A stretch of 64,000 nucleotides of DNA from Macrostomum lignano. Its lineage: Eukaryota. The stretch covers positions 744,001 to 808,000 of the forward strand of contig NIVC01000040.1 in assembly GCA_002269645.1 (NCBI GenBank), given 5' to 3'. Below are positions 47,319 through 60,524 of this stretch, in pieces. A program made the translations under genes and the position numbers. The notes under the pieces were generated by a model, which ran no database searches, had not been told where the DNA came from, and worked only from the letters and a program-made list of their open reading frames with translations. Every line of letters begins with the position of its first letter. The first letter of the stretch is position 1.

Positions 47319-47875
47319 CCTTATTAATGGCCTGTTTGTGGCTTTTGAAAGTTCTGTGCTGATGCTATGGGGTATTTCTGCCCTAATCTGGCCACCCCCA
47401 GGCAAAGTGATTCTATTTATTTCTCTGCAGTCAGCTTCTACCCGGCTCTAGCGCAGCCAATCACGTTCCAGTGATTGCACTGGTTGTTCGATTGGATTTT
47501 GGGCATATCCAAGTGGGAGCGAGGAAGAGAGGGAGAGAGAGAGAAGGGGCTTCTTGAGCTCCGAGAGTGACAGGAAGGATTCTCATCAAGAGTTGAGGGT
47601 GCAAAGTTTCTGTTTCTCTGAGTCGAAAAATCTAGATTGAACGCAGCGGGCGGTAAGGAGTGTCGAGAATGCTTGTAGTGCGTGTAATAACAGAAATATT
47701 CAGGACTATAGCATTGCTACGTTAACACGATGCTGCATATGCTACTAAACTGCTAAAATTGTGCTCACTCATAAAGTGCCATCTTTATACGTTAGTTTAC
47801 CTGCGAGCTACATACTGGGACAAGGGGAGTGAGCTAGGGGAACCTATGGGACTTAAGGGAAGAGGGGAGAGAAAT

Positions 47876-47879
<4 letters not shown>

Positions 47880-47946
<67 letters not shown>

Positions 47947-48110
47947 ACAGGAAGAGAGTGGAAGAGAGGGGAAGAGAGACAGGAAGAGAGGGGAAGAGAG
48001 GGGAAGAGAGACAGGAAGAGAGGGGAAGAGAGACAGGAAGAGAGGGGAAGAGAGACAGGAAGAGAGGGGAAGAGAGACAGGAAGAGAGGGGAAGAGAGAC
48101 AGAAAGCGAT
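47880..48110. repeat. (GA)n plus purine-rich minisatellite
   Basis: Seen directly. Confidence 0.9.
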
Positions 48111-48734
48111 GCAGCAAACAGAAATTCTATATTTTTCTCTTACCTGTTTCCTATTTACCTATATTGCTTCCCTCAAGTCATATCCTTGCAACATGTCATT
48201 AGCGAATAAGTACAACCCCTGGTTAGCCGCGTCTAGCATATGCACTCATATCGCTCGTACTAGAGCAGATTGAGTGAATAATTAATAATGAACCATGCGG
48301 TATCACACGCTCGTTAAAAAAGCATGATTACTTTGGGTGGCTCAGTGAGATCAGCTCGGCTTGCACTTCATGCTTAGTAGCTTGTAGCATCTTACTTTAG
48401 CAACCGTTGCACCTAAATCGATCTGCTTGCTAATCGGAGGCTGCACTAGACTAGCTCCATCAGCGAAGTCCTCATCAGAGCCGAGTGGACCAGTTAAACA
48501 AAGCAAGACAGCTAGGGGTATTTTCGCTTAGCTTATAAAAGTGCAAGCGATGAAGCTCTTCCTGTTCGCTTGGCCTTACTTTCGTAGAACTATATTTTGG
48601 TATGTTTAAAAATTTTCAAGTCCCAAGTGCGGCTTTGGGTTTTTGCGACACATTCCCTCACGATTCCGTAAACAGCAATGGCACTGCGAGCATCGCATAC
48701 GCATAATACAGTAGTGCGAGATTCTATGATTTGA

Positions 48735-49410
48735 AAACTAAGACACTTGGAAACTAAGACACTTGGACACTAGGACACTTGGACACTAAGACACTTACTT
48801 GGACACTAAGACACTTGGACACTAGGACACTTGGACACTAAGACACTTGGACACTAGGACACTTGGACACTAAGACACTTGGACACTAGGACACTTGGAC
48901 ACTAAGACACTTGGACACTAGGACACTTGGACACTAAGACACTTGGAAACTAGGACACTTGGACACTAAGACACTTGGACACTAGGACACTTGGACACTA
49001 AGACACTTGGACACTAGGACACTTGGACACTAAGACACTTGGACACTAAGACACTAAGACACTTGGACACTAGGACACTTGGACACTAGGACACTTGGAC
49101 ACTAAGACACTTGGACACTAGGACACTTGGACACTAAGACACTTGGACACTAGGACACTTGGACACTAAGACACTTGGACACTAGGACACTTGGACACTA
49201 AGACACTTGGACACTAAGACACTTGGACACTAAGACACTTGGACACTAAGACACTTGGACACTAAGACACTTGGACACTAAGACACTTGGACACTAAGAC
49301 ACTTGGACACTAAGACACTTGGACACTTGGACACTAAGACACTTGGACACTAAGACACTTGGACACTAAGACACTTGGACACTAAGACACTTGGACACTA
49401 AGACACTTGG
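48735..49410. repeat. 16-bp minisatellite (acactaagacacttgg), with taag/tagg alternating in part
   Basis: Tandem units. Confidence 0.93.
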
Positions 49411-50044
49411 ATAAAACATTTAGAAGCGTCGACACAGAGACGCTGTGACCCTAAGCCAATAAATGCAATAGTACAAGTATGTGCAAAACCATTTAAAGCA
49501 GCCTTTGCTGCGCAAAAGAAGAGAAAAGTTAAAATGGAAGCAGAGCATTTTAAGCATCGGTTGGTGGGGTTCTTTTAATAGCATGAGGGGAAAGAGAAAG
49601 AAGCTGAAGACCCGAGAGCACACGCCGAGATTGAGGATGTGAAATCGAGCGTGAGAGAGCTGTCCCACTCGCTGACAGGACGGCACGGCTATACGAGAAT
49701 TCAGATAAGGAAGCTGGGATGAAGGGGGTTGATGAAGCGACGGGAAAGATTGTGTTCGCAAAGCTTGCAGCTCGGGCAGTGGGGTATCGGAGCTAGGTCA
49801 GAAGAAGCACTGACAAAACGGTGTTCGATCTATAGAATGCATTCAACTTGGCATTTAGCCAGGAAAACATCGAAGTACAAGGAAAATGTCATCGGCAGTG
49901 TAAATAAGGAAAACAGTTTTCTCGCCCGAGAATTTGTTTTGCTACTTAATTCTTGTCATATTTCTAGTCTAGCACAAGTTAAGCACAGTTGGTATCGGTT
50001 AGTATGCAGTCTTTCGATTGGCAAGAACCGGGAGAGCGAGCTGC

Positions 50045-50645
50045 GCCTCCCCCCATAGCGCCCCCCGAGGGCGCCCCCCTGATAGCGCCTCCTCCGATGG
50101 CGCCCCCCTGATAGCGCCCCCTCCGATGGCGCCCTCCCCCTGATAGCACCCTCCCCCTGAGAGCGCCCTCCCCCTGATAGCGCCCTCCCCCTGATAGCCC
50201 CCCCCCTGATAGCGCCCTCCCCCTGATAGCGCCCTCCCCCTGATAGCACCCTCCCCCTGATAGCGCCCTCCCCCTGATAACGCCCTCCCCCTGATAGCGC
50301 CCTCCCCCTGATAGCACCCTCCCCCTGATAGCGCCCTCCCCCTGATAACGCCCTCCCCCTGATAGCACCCTCCCCTGATAGCGCCCTCCCCCCTGATAGC
50401 GCCCTCCCCCCTGATAGCACCCTCCCCTGATAGCACCCTCCCCTGATAACGCCCTCCCCCCTGATAGCGCCCTCGCCCCTGATAACGCCCTCCCCCTGAT
50501 AGCACCCTCCCCTGATAGCACCCTGCCCCTGATAGCATCCTCCCCCATGATAGCACCCTCCCCCATGATAGCACCCTCCCCCTGATAGCGCCCTCCCCCC
50601 TGATAGCACCCGCCCCCTGATAGCGCCCCCTCAGATGGAGCCCCC
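50045..50645. repeat. ~17-18 bp C-rich minisatellite (gcgccctccccctgata)
   Basis: Tandem units; G-runs on the minus strand. Confidence 0.92.
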
Positions 50646-51065
50646 AACCCTATACTATATTTTTAAAATGAATTTGTAAACTCGGCACGACGATCCATCA
50701 TCATTTTGGGGATATTCTAAAGTTTGTGTGACGTATTCTGTATTAATCTGATAATTTTTAGATTAACAGCTGCAGCAATTTTTCCATGTAGAATGCACTT
50801 AAGCACTCAGCGGCCCTGCAGCTCTCTCTCTCTCTCTTCATTGATTCTATAGCAGGTAGGCCTCAGGCATGCGAGCCCATTCAAGCGTGAACAATGCCGA
50901 AGCTTGATGCTCAGACTGTAGTGGGCATGGAGCTCAAATATACGGCATCTGGATATCTGGGAGCAGCAATATTAGCTCTGCGAACAGAACCGAGAGTGTG
51001 CACTGCCTGACAATGGGAGAGGCTGGGGCGCTGTACATCCTGCGTGAGTGTGTGTCTATTAACTT

Positions 51066-51470
<405 letters not shown>

Positions 51471-52239
51471 TTAAAATTCCCGATGAAGTCACAGTCACTA
51501 AGTCAGTCCAGATATTGCATCTCGTACTCCATGGAGCACAGCGCGGGTAGGTAAGGATTCCGAGAGCCGCTAATGCGCTGCTGATAATAGATTGAGGATT
51601 TCAAAGGGAAAAGAGGGGGATGCAGTGCTTCCTTACCAACGGGTGCTCCGAGTAAATAGCTCTGATCTGTTGCTAGAATGCTACAGTTGCAATGTGAAAT
51701 GCGCTTGAAGAAGAGAAATCGTATCCTGTATTAGTAAAGAGCAGCCACCAACCCCTGCAAGATTATTAAGGTGTTTAGAAAGCAGAGCTCAACAATGGCA
51801 TTTTTGGCATGAAAAGGGCATCTAAAAAATATCACAGCCATTTATTTAATAATGCAGCGATTAACTAACTTCAGGTAGCTCGTGTTGCTGTGAAATCTTT
51901 TTTTTTACATGGTAAATTTGATTTTAAGAATCTAGAATGGCTTTCTTAGTCGTTGATAGGAATAGAGAAAATGAGGAGAGGAGAGGGGTAGAGAGAGGTA
52001 AATAGAGAAGAGCAAGAGGATGAGAGAAGAGCACCTCCTTTCCAAAAAAGCGCAGTTAAAGTGCATCCAAAATTAATTAGATCAAGTGTTTATAAAATTC
52101 CACAAGGATGAAAAGAGGCGTAAAAAAGTAACTGCAACAATAGTCGCACGCATTGAAATGCAAAAATACTAAGATAGAAAGAGCCTGCTAGTGTATGATG
52201 CCGTTCTTACTGAATATGCATACAATTAGTCGCTGGGAG

Positions 52240-52980
52240 AGAGGGACAGAGGGGGAGGGAAAGCGAGAGAGGAGGGGCAGAGATAGGAGAGACATAGAGA
52301 GGGAGGGAGGGAGAGTGAGAGAGAAAGAGAGAGAGAGAGGGAGGGGACTCCTAGATTCTCATATATTCTTCATCGACTCCTAAAAGGGTGCTTAAATAAA
52401 GTCGTCCATAGAGAGAGGGGGGGAAGAGGGAGGGAAATAGAGGGAGACAGGGAGATAGGAAAGAGAGGGAGATAGATAGAGAGGGAGAGAGACAGAGAGA
52501 CAGAGAGACAGAGAGGGGGAGAGATAGAGAGGGAGAGAGACAGAGAGACAGAGAGGGGGAGAGATAGAGAGGGAGGGAGGGGTGAAAGAGCGAGAGAGAA
52601 GGGATGGAGCATGGACTCCTAAATTCAACTAGATTCTCTTATTCTACGCTCGTATTCTACATGGACTCCTAAAAAGGTTGCTTAAATAAAGTCGTCCTTG
52701 GAAAGAGATAGGAAGAGAGGTAGAGAGATACAGAGGGAGAGAGGGAGAGAGATAGAGAGGGAGAGAGGGAGAGAGATAGAGAGGGAGAGAGGGAGAGAGA
52801 TAGAGAGGGAGAGAGGGAGAGAGATAGAGAGGGAGAGAGGGAGAGAGATAGAGAGGGAGAGAGGGAGAGAGGGAGAGAGGGAGAGAGGGAGAGAGGGAGA
52901 GAGGGAGAGAGGGAGAGAGGGAGAGAGATACAGAGGGAGGGAGGGAGAGAGGGGGAGTGAAGGGGAGGGGAAGTGGGAAG
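52240..52980. repeat. GA-rich simple repeats with a twice-repeated non-GA cassette
   Basis: gactcctaaaa.g.tgcttaaataaagtcgtcc at ~52374-52407 and ~52664-52698. Confidence 0.8.
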
Positions 52981-53708
52981 TAGACAGATCTCGTTCAAAG
53001 CGGTTGCCTCTTCAAAATGTCCCTCATGCAGGGCCCACCAGAAGCAGAAAAAATGCCCCTATCCTTTCAAGTAAACTGCCTCGCTTTCAGTGATGCCTCT
53101 AATCAAGACGCGGCTGCTGGATTCACATGAAGCTGCAAAAGAGCGGCTAGAAAGAAACAAAAGTATAAATTAATTGAGGCCGGGCAATGCTCAGCGAAGT
53201 GGAACGCGAGGACAGAAGCAAAAAAACATTGTTAAAAATCGCGCGTGCTCAGATGCAGCTCCGCGGGAGGCTGAGGTCGGCCCATAAATTTTGCAGATCC
53301 TATCGGTGTGTTTCTATGTGGGTCTTCTCTCCGAGTCTGTTTGTTAAACATTCGAAGATGGGAGATGAAAAATTAAGCAAAATTTTTCTTTCGCGTCTCA
53401 CATCGCGAATAAAAATGCTTTAATTTTCGATTTTTTTGTTGAAATTTAATTTGAAATCTGTTTACGCACAATGTATATGCACTTCTGGTTTGCTGTCCAC
53501 AATGTGTCCGGGGAAGGCTGGGTAAGTTCACTTGGTCCTTTTTAGTTATATTTTTATCCTTTGGAGAGATCATGGGGGTCAGATGTCCTCCGTCTGACAT
53601 TTGAGATTCACTGCTTTGCTAGCAATAGGGTATCATTCAGGAGAGGTCAAAGGGGTCATATGCCCTCTTATTGATATTGTAGGAGGTCATGTTCTCTAAA
53701 AAAATCCT

Positions 53709-54180
53709 AATCATGCATTTCAACACCTGAGCGCTTATTCTGAATCATGCATTTAAACAACTGCGCGCTTATTCTGAATCATGCATTTAAACACCTGAGC
53801 GCTTATTCTGAATCATGCATTTTAACACCTGAGCGCTTATTCTGAATCATGCATTTAAACAACTGCGCGCTTATTCTGAATCATGCATTTAAACACCTGA
53901 GCGCTTATTCTGAATCATGCATTTTAACACCTGAGCGCTTATTCTGAATCATGCATTTGAACACCTGAGCGCTTATTCTGAATCATGCATTTAAACACCT
54001 GAGCGCTTATTCTGAATCATGCATTTAAACACCTGAGCGCTTATTCTGAATCATGCATTTCAACACCTGAGCGCTTATTCTGAATCATGCATTTAAACAC
54101 CTGAGCGCTTATTCTGAATCATGCATTTAAACACCTGAGCGCTTATTCTGAATCATGCATTTAAACACCTGAGCGCTTAT
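53709..54180. repeat. 34-bp minisatellite (acacctgagcgcttattctgaatcatgcatttaa), ~13-14 copies
   Basis: Contiguous units with no spacers. Confidence 0.95.
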
Positions 54181-54604
54181 TGGCAGTCTGAGTGCACACG
54201 ACCTTGCGTTGCGTCTTATCTTTGCCTCTCCCACCCTAGACGAAGTTTCGTTGCTGAGACTATTTGAATATCGCCTAATAAAAATTATTAAGCATCACCC
54301 CGAAAAGTCTGCTCCAATGCTGCGCGTATTTGAGGAACCAATGGACAACACGGAGCAGTCACGATCGGCAAATATCCCCATGGCTATGGGATTTGACTGC
54401 TCTAAGAATAATATTAGTGTCAACCGCATAAGGAAAAGTCACACACTGCTTTTGATAATTTAGTTTCAAGTCACCAGATAATTTTTAGAAATTTCAAAGC
54501 TTCGGATCTGAAGTTTGTAAAATTTATCTTTAAAAAAACTTCATTGCCTCCACAAAGTACAGAATGATAAGGTGTGTACCTAAGATGTGTCCACTAATAA
54601 ACGG

Positions 54605-54890
54605 GTTGATTCAAGGTTGTGTCCACTGGTGATCAGGTTGATTCAAGGTTGTGTCCACTGGTGATCAGGTTGATTCAAGGTTGTGTCCACTGGTGATCAG
54701 GTTGATTCAAGGTTGTGTCCACTGGTGATCAGGTTGATTCAAGGTTGTGTCCACTGGTGATCAGGTTGATTCAAGGTTGTGTCCACTGGTGATCAGGTTG
54801 GTTCAAGGTTGTGTCCACTGGTGATCAGGTTGATTCAAGGTTGTGTCCACTGGTGATCAGGTTGATTCAAGCTCAAAGTTGTGTCCGCTG
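54605..54890. repeat. 32-bp minisatellite (aggttgtgtccactggtgatcaggttgattca)
   Basis: Contiguous units. Confidence 0.95.
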
Positions 54891-55100
54891 GTGAACGGGG
54901 TGTTGCGGAATTGTGTTCGTTGACGCAATGAAATGGTGCAAGTTCTAAATAGCCAAAAAGATTAATTTGCAAGAGCCATTTTATTTATACGATTTGCGCA
55001 GATTACAAAAACGATCAACGATCAACTTTGAACTGCACAAAAAATTCAGTCCTCACTAATCCCAGACAGATTACTCAGTTACTCCGTGCTCCATGCCAGC

Positions 55101-55379
55101 TCACTGCTCACCCGAGATGGACACTGCAGCAATACGTCCAAACAGTTCCTTGTCGGGCTTGAGCAGCAACAGTTTCTCTTCGTGCGAGAACAATCTGGTG
55201 TCGTTAACAACTTCGTTGAATGCCCGTCTGAGTTGGTTGATGCGTCTGCGCAGATTTGATACCAGCACAGCGTAGCAGAACCCGGCTACGAGACGGAACA
55301 GCAGAAGAAGAGCTATCAGCCAAGTGAGCGCCTTGGCCAGCACAGACACCAGAGTGACTAATTGCATAGGTAGCATCAT
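55101..55379 (-). CDS. Candidate small membrane protein (92 aa, or spliced at tcgg|gtgag near the 3' end)
   Basis: ATG start, a long hydrophobic N-terminal stretch, then basic RRRINQLRR; no recognisable family. Confidence 0.35.
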   Translation of the reverse strand: MMLPMQLVTLVSVLAKALTWLIALLLLFRLVAGFCYAVLVSNLRRRINQLRRAFNEVVNDTRLFSHEEKLLLLKPDKELFGRIAAVSISGEQ

Positions 55380-55471
55380 ATATCGCTTTTTATATAGGCT
55401 TGAGTTTTTCTCTCTGCTGTTCTATTGCAATTTCGGGGCTGCAGCTTGCAACGTTTTTGCCATAGACAACT

Positions 55472-55899
55472 CAGGGGGCCGTAGCCCAGCGGTAGCGCAG
55501 CTGCTCTGGTGTGCCAGCGACCCAGGCTCGATTCCAAGTGCAGTCACATTAATTTGGGGCTGAATTGGAATCTCGGCTTGGCTCTGCTGGTGCAATTAGC
55601 GGCCTTGAGAGCCAATCCCCCAAGGCGCAGTGAAGTGTACATGCCTAACGATAATATAAAGTTAGGGCCGCTGTACACTCCCTGTGCGCAGTGAAGTGTA
55701 CATGCCTAACGATAATATAAAGTTAGGGCCGCTGTACACTCCCTGTGTGAGTGTGTGCCTGCGTACGTATCCGCGCGCTTGTATGCCTGCTCAGGGGAGT
55801 CGGCGGAATGGGCAGTAATGCCTCTCGCCGGTTGTGTGCCTATGTCGCTTAAAGTGCGCCGGGGTGCACACAACCCCCCTGCCTCTAATAAAAAAAATA
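55472..55899 (+). mobile_element. Young tRNA-derived SINE, 428 bp
   Basis: A-box tagcccagcgg, B-box gctcgattcc, A-rich tail, 12-bp TSD ccatagacaact at 55460-55471 and 55900-55911. Confidence 0.88.
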
Positions 55900-56189
55900 C
55901 CATAGACAACTAAGGAATCTTCAGTATAGCCAATCGATGCGAACGGGAGCTTCACAGGGCAAAATTGCATATTGGCTTTATAATGCGCATTCTATGGTCA
56001 GAATAATGGTCTCGAGGCGAGCAAAGCTAGAGCTCGTTAACAAAACATTATTGATCTTAGAGAGAATTGTCCTGCGATTTACACCAATCAATGCAAATCT
56101 CCAAGGCACAGAGAGTGTACATGCCTGAATATTAGAAAGTTATTACCCTGTGTGAGCGTGTGTATGAGTGCCTTCCTGCGTACAGTATA

Positions 56190-57692
56190 AGACAGCACCC
56201 CCATCAGACAGCACCCCCATCAGACAGCCACCCCATCATACAGCCACCCCATCAGACAGCCACCCCATCAGACAGCCACCCCATCAGACAACCACCCCAT
56301 CAGACAACCACCCCATCAGACAACCACCCCATCAGACAGCCACCCCATCATACAGCCACCCCATCAGACAGCCACCCCATCAGACAGCCACCCCATCAGA
56401 CAGCCACCCCATCAGACAACCACCCCATCAGACAGCCACCCCATCAGACAGCCACCCCCCAGACAGCCACCCAATCAGACAACTACCCCCACCAGACAGC
56501 CACCCCCACCAGAGAGCCATCCCCACCAGCAGAGAGCCACCCATCAGACAGCCACCCCATCAGACAGCCACCCCATCAGACAGCCACCCCCACCAGACAG
56601 CCATCCCACCAGACAGCCACCCCATCAGACAGCCACCCCATCAGACAGCCACCCCATCAGACAGCCACCCCATCATACAGCCACCCCATCAGACAGCCAC
56701 CCCATCAGACAGCCAACCCATCATACAGCCACCCCATCAGACAACCACCCCATCAGACAACCACCCCATCAGACAGCCACCCCATCAGACAGCCACCCCA
56801 TCAGACAGCCACCCCATCAGACAGCCACCCCATCAGACAGCCACCCCATCAGACAACCACCCCCACCAGACAGCCACCCACCAGACAGCCACCCCCAGCC
56901 CACCCATCAGACAGCCACCCCATCAGACAGCCACCCCATCAGACAGCCACCCCATCAGACAGCCACCCCATCAGACAGCCACCCCATCAGACAGCCACCC
57001 CATCAGACAGCCACCCCATCAGACAGCCACCCCATCAGACAGCCATCCCCATCAGACAGCCACCCCATCAGACAGCCACCCCATCAGACAGCCACCCCAT
57101 CATACAGCCACCACATCAGACAGCCACCCCATCAGACAGCCACCCCATCATACAGCCACCCATCAGACAGCGACCCCATCAGACAGCCACCCCATCAGAC
57201 AGCCACCCCAGACAGCCACCCCATCAGACAACCACCCCACAGACAGCCACCCCATCAGACAACCACCCCATCAGACAGCCACCCCATCAGACAGCCACCC
57301 CATCAGACAGCCACCCCATCAGCAGCCACCAGACAGCCATCCCCATTAGACAGCCACCCCACAGACAGCCACCCCCACCAGACAATCATCCCCACCAGCA
57401 GACAGCCACTCCATCAGACAGCCACCCCATCAGACAGCCACCCCCATCAGCCAGCCACCACCATCAGACAGCCATCCCCATTAGACAGCCACCCCATCAG
57501 ACAGCCACCCCATCAGACAACCACCCCATCAGACAGCCACCCCATCAGACAGCCACCCCATCAGACAGCCACCCCCCAGACAGCCACCCCATCAGACAAC
57601 CACCCCCACCAGACAGCCACCCCCACCAGACAGTCATCCCCACCAGCAGACAGCCACTCCACCAGACAGCCACCCCATCAGACAGCCACCCC
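56190..57692. repeat. 16-bp minisatellite (atcagacagccacccc), ~1.5 kb
   Basis: Tandem units; explains the repetitive 606-aa and 393-aa ORFs. Confidence 0.95.
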
Positions 57693-60210
57693 TTTGACTT
57701 ACTTGATTTAGCTACAGGGCAGTCCGAAGACGCAGCGGGGAGGCGAGAGTCGCCCATTCCGCTAAACCCTGGTGACCCGCTTCGGCAATGGTGCGAGGCC
57801 AGTCAGGGCGGTCCGCCAGTACGTCCTGCAGCGTTCTCTTCGTTTAGGAAGAGAGAGGCTCGTCTAGTTGCCCGAAGGAACCGGACGAGCCGTGAGATGT
57901 TCTCAGGTCTACAAACGTCATCGATAGATGGGTTTGGACCGAGGTGGTTAAGCCGCTCCCTGGTGAAGAACGGGCATTGACAAACGAAATGCTGAGCATC
58001 TTCGTTGTCGTACTCGCAAAATGGGCACAGTTCATTCCGGATGTCGCCCCGAAGAAAGCAGTGCCTAGCGAAGCAACCATGCCCCGTGAGGGTCATAGCA
58101 AGAGCCCGGATGTCCTTCCTGCTTTGGTTCAGGAGGACAGTTCGGAGCTTTCGGGATGGACGAGGGACCGCCGCGCGCGATTGGCGGCAGGTGGTCAGGT
58201 TCATCCATCTGTCCCTGTGCAGGGCGGAGGCCCAGGCATCAATGCTGCGATTGATGATGGCCGCAGGGATTGGAGCCAAGGGCAGAGGTCCCTGAAGGGA
58301 GTCGCCGCTCCCTTGCTTTGCAAGCGAATCGGCCAGCTCGTTTCCAGGGAAACCCGCGTGGCCTGGGATCCATTTGTGACAGAGGGCTAGCAGAGCCGCC
58401 TGGCTGTCGGAGTGAAAAACGATAGTTTTACCGGAGGTGTTTTTGCTGCAAAGCTCTGCAGCGCAAGAGCAAATAGCAAGGACCTCGTTCTGGAAGACAG
58501 TAGAGAGTCTTCCAGTGTGCTGGGCATGCGTGGCGAGCACGCGGCCATTGATGAGAATGCAGACCCCAAAGCCGGAGAGACAGCCTTTTAGGGATCCGTC
58601 TGTGTAGCAGTGGACCTCTTGGGGATTCCAGTGGTCGTTAGCCTCCTCTCGAGGAGGAAGAATGACCTTGAATCGAAGACAGAGGTTGAGCGTGCGAGGT
58701 TCCCCGTCCGAAAGGACGTTGAGGCCGCCACTCTCCTGCAGATCTTTGAGACAGAGGTCGGAATGAGGCAAAAGCTTGCGCTTAGCCATTGCCCTCTGGG
58801 GCTTGAGAGTAATGCCGGTGTCGATGAGACGCTGGGCTGCTGGCTGCCTCACTGCGGACGAAAATGTCCAGTGGAGGCAGGTCGAGGAAGGCGTTGAGGC
58901 TGTCGAAGGGAGCAGAGGGCGGGGCGCCCATTATCATTCGACATGCACGCCCCTGCAGTCGTTTAAGAGCCTCAAAGCAGGTCTTAATCTGCAGGGCACT
59001 CGCCCAGATCAGTCCGGCATAGGAGATCGCCGGCCTGACCATAGCATGCAGTGTAGATCCACCAGAGGCGTTTGGGGGTAAGGCCCCAAGTAGTGCCAAC
59101 CGCCCTGCGCAGTTGCGCCAGGATCGCGAAGGCCTTTTTAGTCTTGGCATGAACATGCGGGGACCAGTTCAGCCTGTGATCAAGGGTGACCCCAAGACAC
59201 TTGACTTGCTTACGGAAGGGGATTTCCTGTCCGTAGAGCGTGAGATGGCGGGATTGCCACTTCGTCCTGCTGGTGAACATGACCACAGCGGTCTTAGTCC
59301 CGGAGAGCTTCAGACCGCATCGGTCCGCCCAACGTTCAGCAGTGTTGATGAAGTTCTGAAGGAGATCACGCAGGGTGTCCGGCGATGGCTCAGAGGCTAC
59401 CGCCGTGACATCGTCCGCATAACCGACCTTCAGAATAGGGTTAGGACAGGCGTCCCGTAGGAGCTCGTCGATAACCATGTTCCAGAGAATTGGAGAGAGG
59501 ACACCACCCTTCGGACAGCCTTTGCAGACAGGAACCGTCCTTTTATGACCTAGCAGGTGTGCCGTAGCAGATCTGTGGCTAATCATGTACATGATCCATC
59601 GCGTGAGATGAGAATGTGTCATTCTCGTTTGTAGAGCCCTTCGAAACGCATCGAAAAGGACGTTGTCAAAGGCTCCCACGATATCCAGGAAGACCGCTAG
59701 GGCATAGCCGTTGCCAAGCACAGCTTTCTCCAGCGTGTCCCGCCCGAAAAGCATGCTGGTTTTTGCTAAGCGGTATGTTCTTTAGTTCCACGGACTGCAG
59801 GCGCCAGAGCACCAGCAGTTCCATCAGTTTGACCATCGAGGAGGTCAAGCTGATTGGTCTAAACGATTCAACAGAATGGTAGTCCGGGCGGCCGGGCTTA
59901 GGAATGAAAATCACCCTCGCCTCAGTCCACGGCTTCGGGACATAACCAAACGTAATGCAGGCTTTAAGAAGCTTGCACAGGTGCGTAAGGAACCTCTTGC
60001 ATTGGACCGCCTCTCTGATTAGGGCTGGTACAATGCCGTCGGGTCCAGGCGCCTTGTAAGGCTTGAAGGAGTTTGCAGCTTTGATGATGCGCTCCTTCGT
60101 GATAAAGGAGGAGGCAAGAAACGACCCGCCTTCGGCATGATCCGAGGGGTCATTTGTGAGAGCCTCGTTGGGGAAGGAGGCTGAAAGCATAAGCTCTAGC
60201 GTCTCCCCAG
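57693..60210 (-). mobile_element. 5'-truncated non-LTR retrotransposon with RT, RNase H and CCHC (LOA/R1-group-like), frameshifted
   Basis: KAPGPDGI, FLDIVGAFDNV, GCPKGGVLSPILWN, YADD; RNase H YTDGS, SDSQAAL, WIPGHAGFPGNELADSLAK; CPFC..HFVCQC. Candidate 9-bp TSD agccacccc at 57684-57692 and 60211-60219. Confidence 0.88.
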
Positions 60211-60524
60211 AGCCACCCCACAAGATAGCACCCATTAAAACAAAAGCAAAGTTTTGATTCTAAGCACATATTATGACCAAAAGTGCATAGTTTCTTTACG
60301 AGTAATTGGTAATTAATATTTGTTTCAGTAAAACTCATTTCTAGAGATATATTTCCAAAACAAAATGCCTATCATTTAAGCGTTGAAGCAAAGAAAGTGA
60401 TGTAATAATAAGAGTAATAAGAGTAATGAAATCCCCTAAATAAATAAGTCTATTTCTGCAAGCGCACCTGCAGCAACTCTATAGGTATAAGTTAGTAAAT
60501 AACGGAATTAATAATTTACTATGG

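Noticed and set aside
49420-49950. Coding-like but stop-interrupted stretch
   Set aside because: No recognisable domain or termini; cannot be assigned to a pseudogene or TE.
53709-54890. 34-bp and 32-bp direct repeats of CRISPR-like size
   Set aside because: The units are contiguous with no unique spacers, there are no cas genes, and the context is eukaryotic.
56160-57980. 606-aa and 393-aa Pro/His/Gln-rich ORFs
   Set aside because: A 16-bp repeat read through all three phases (period 16 aa); no evidence of coding.
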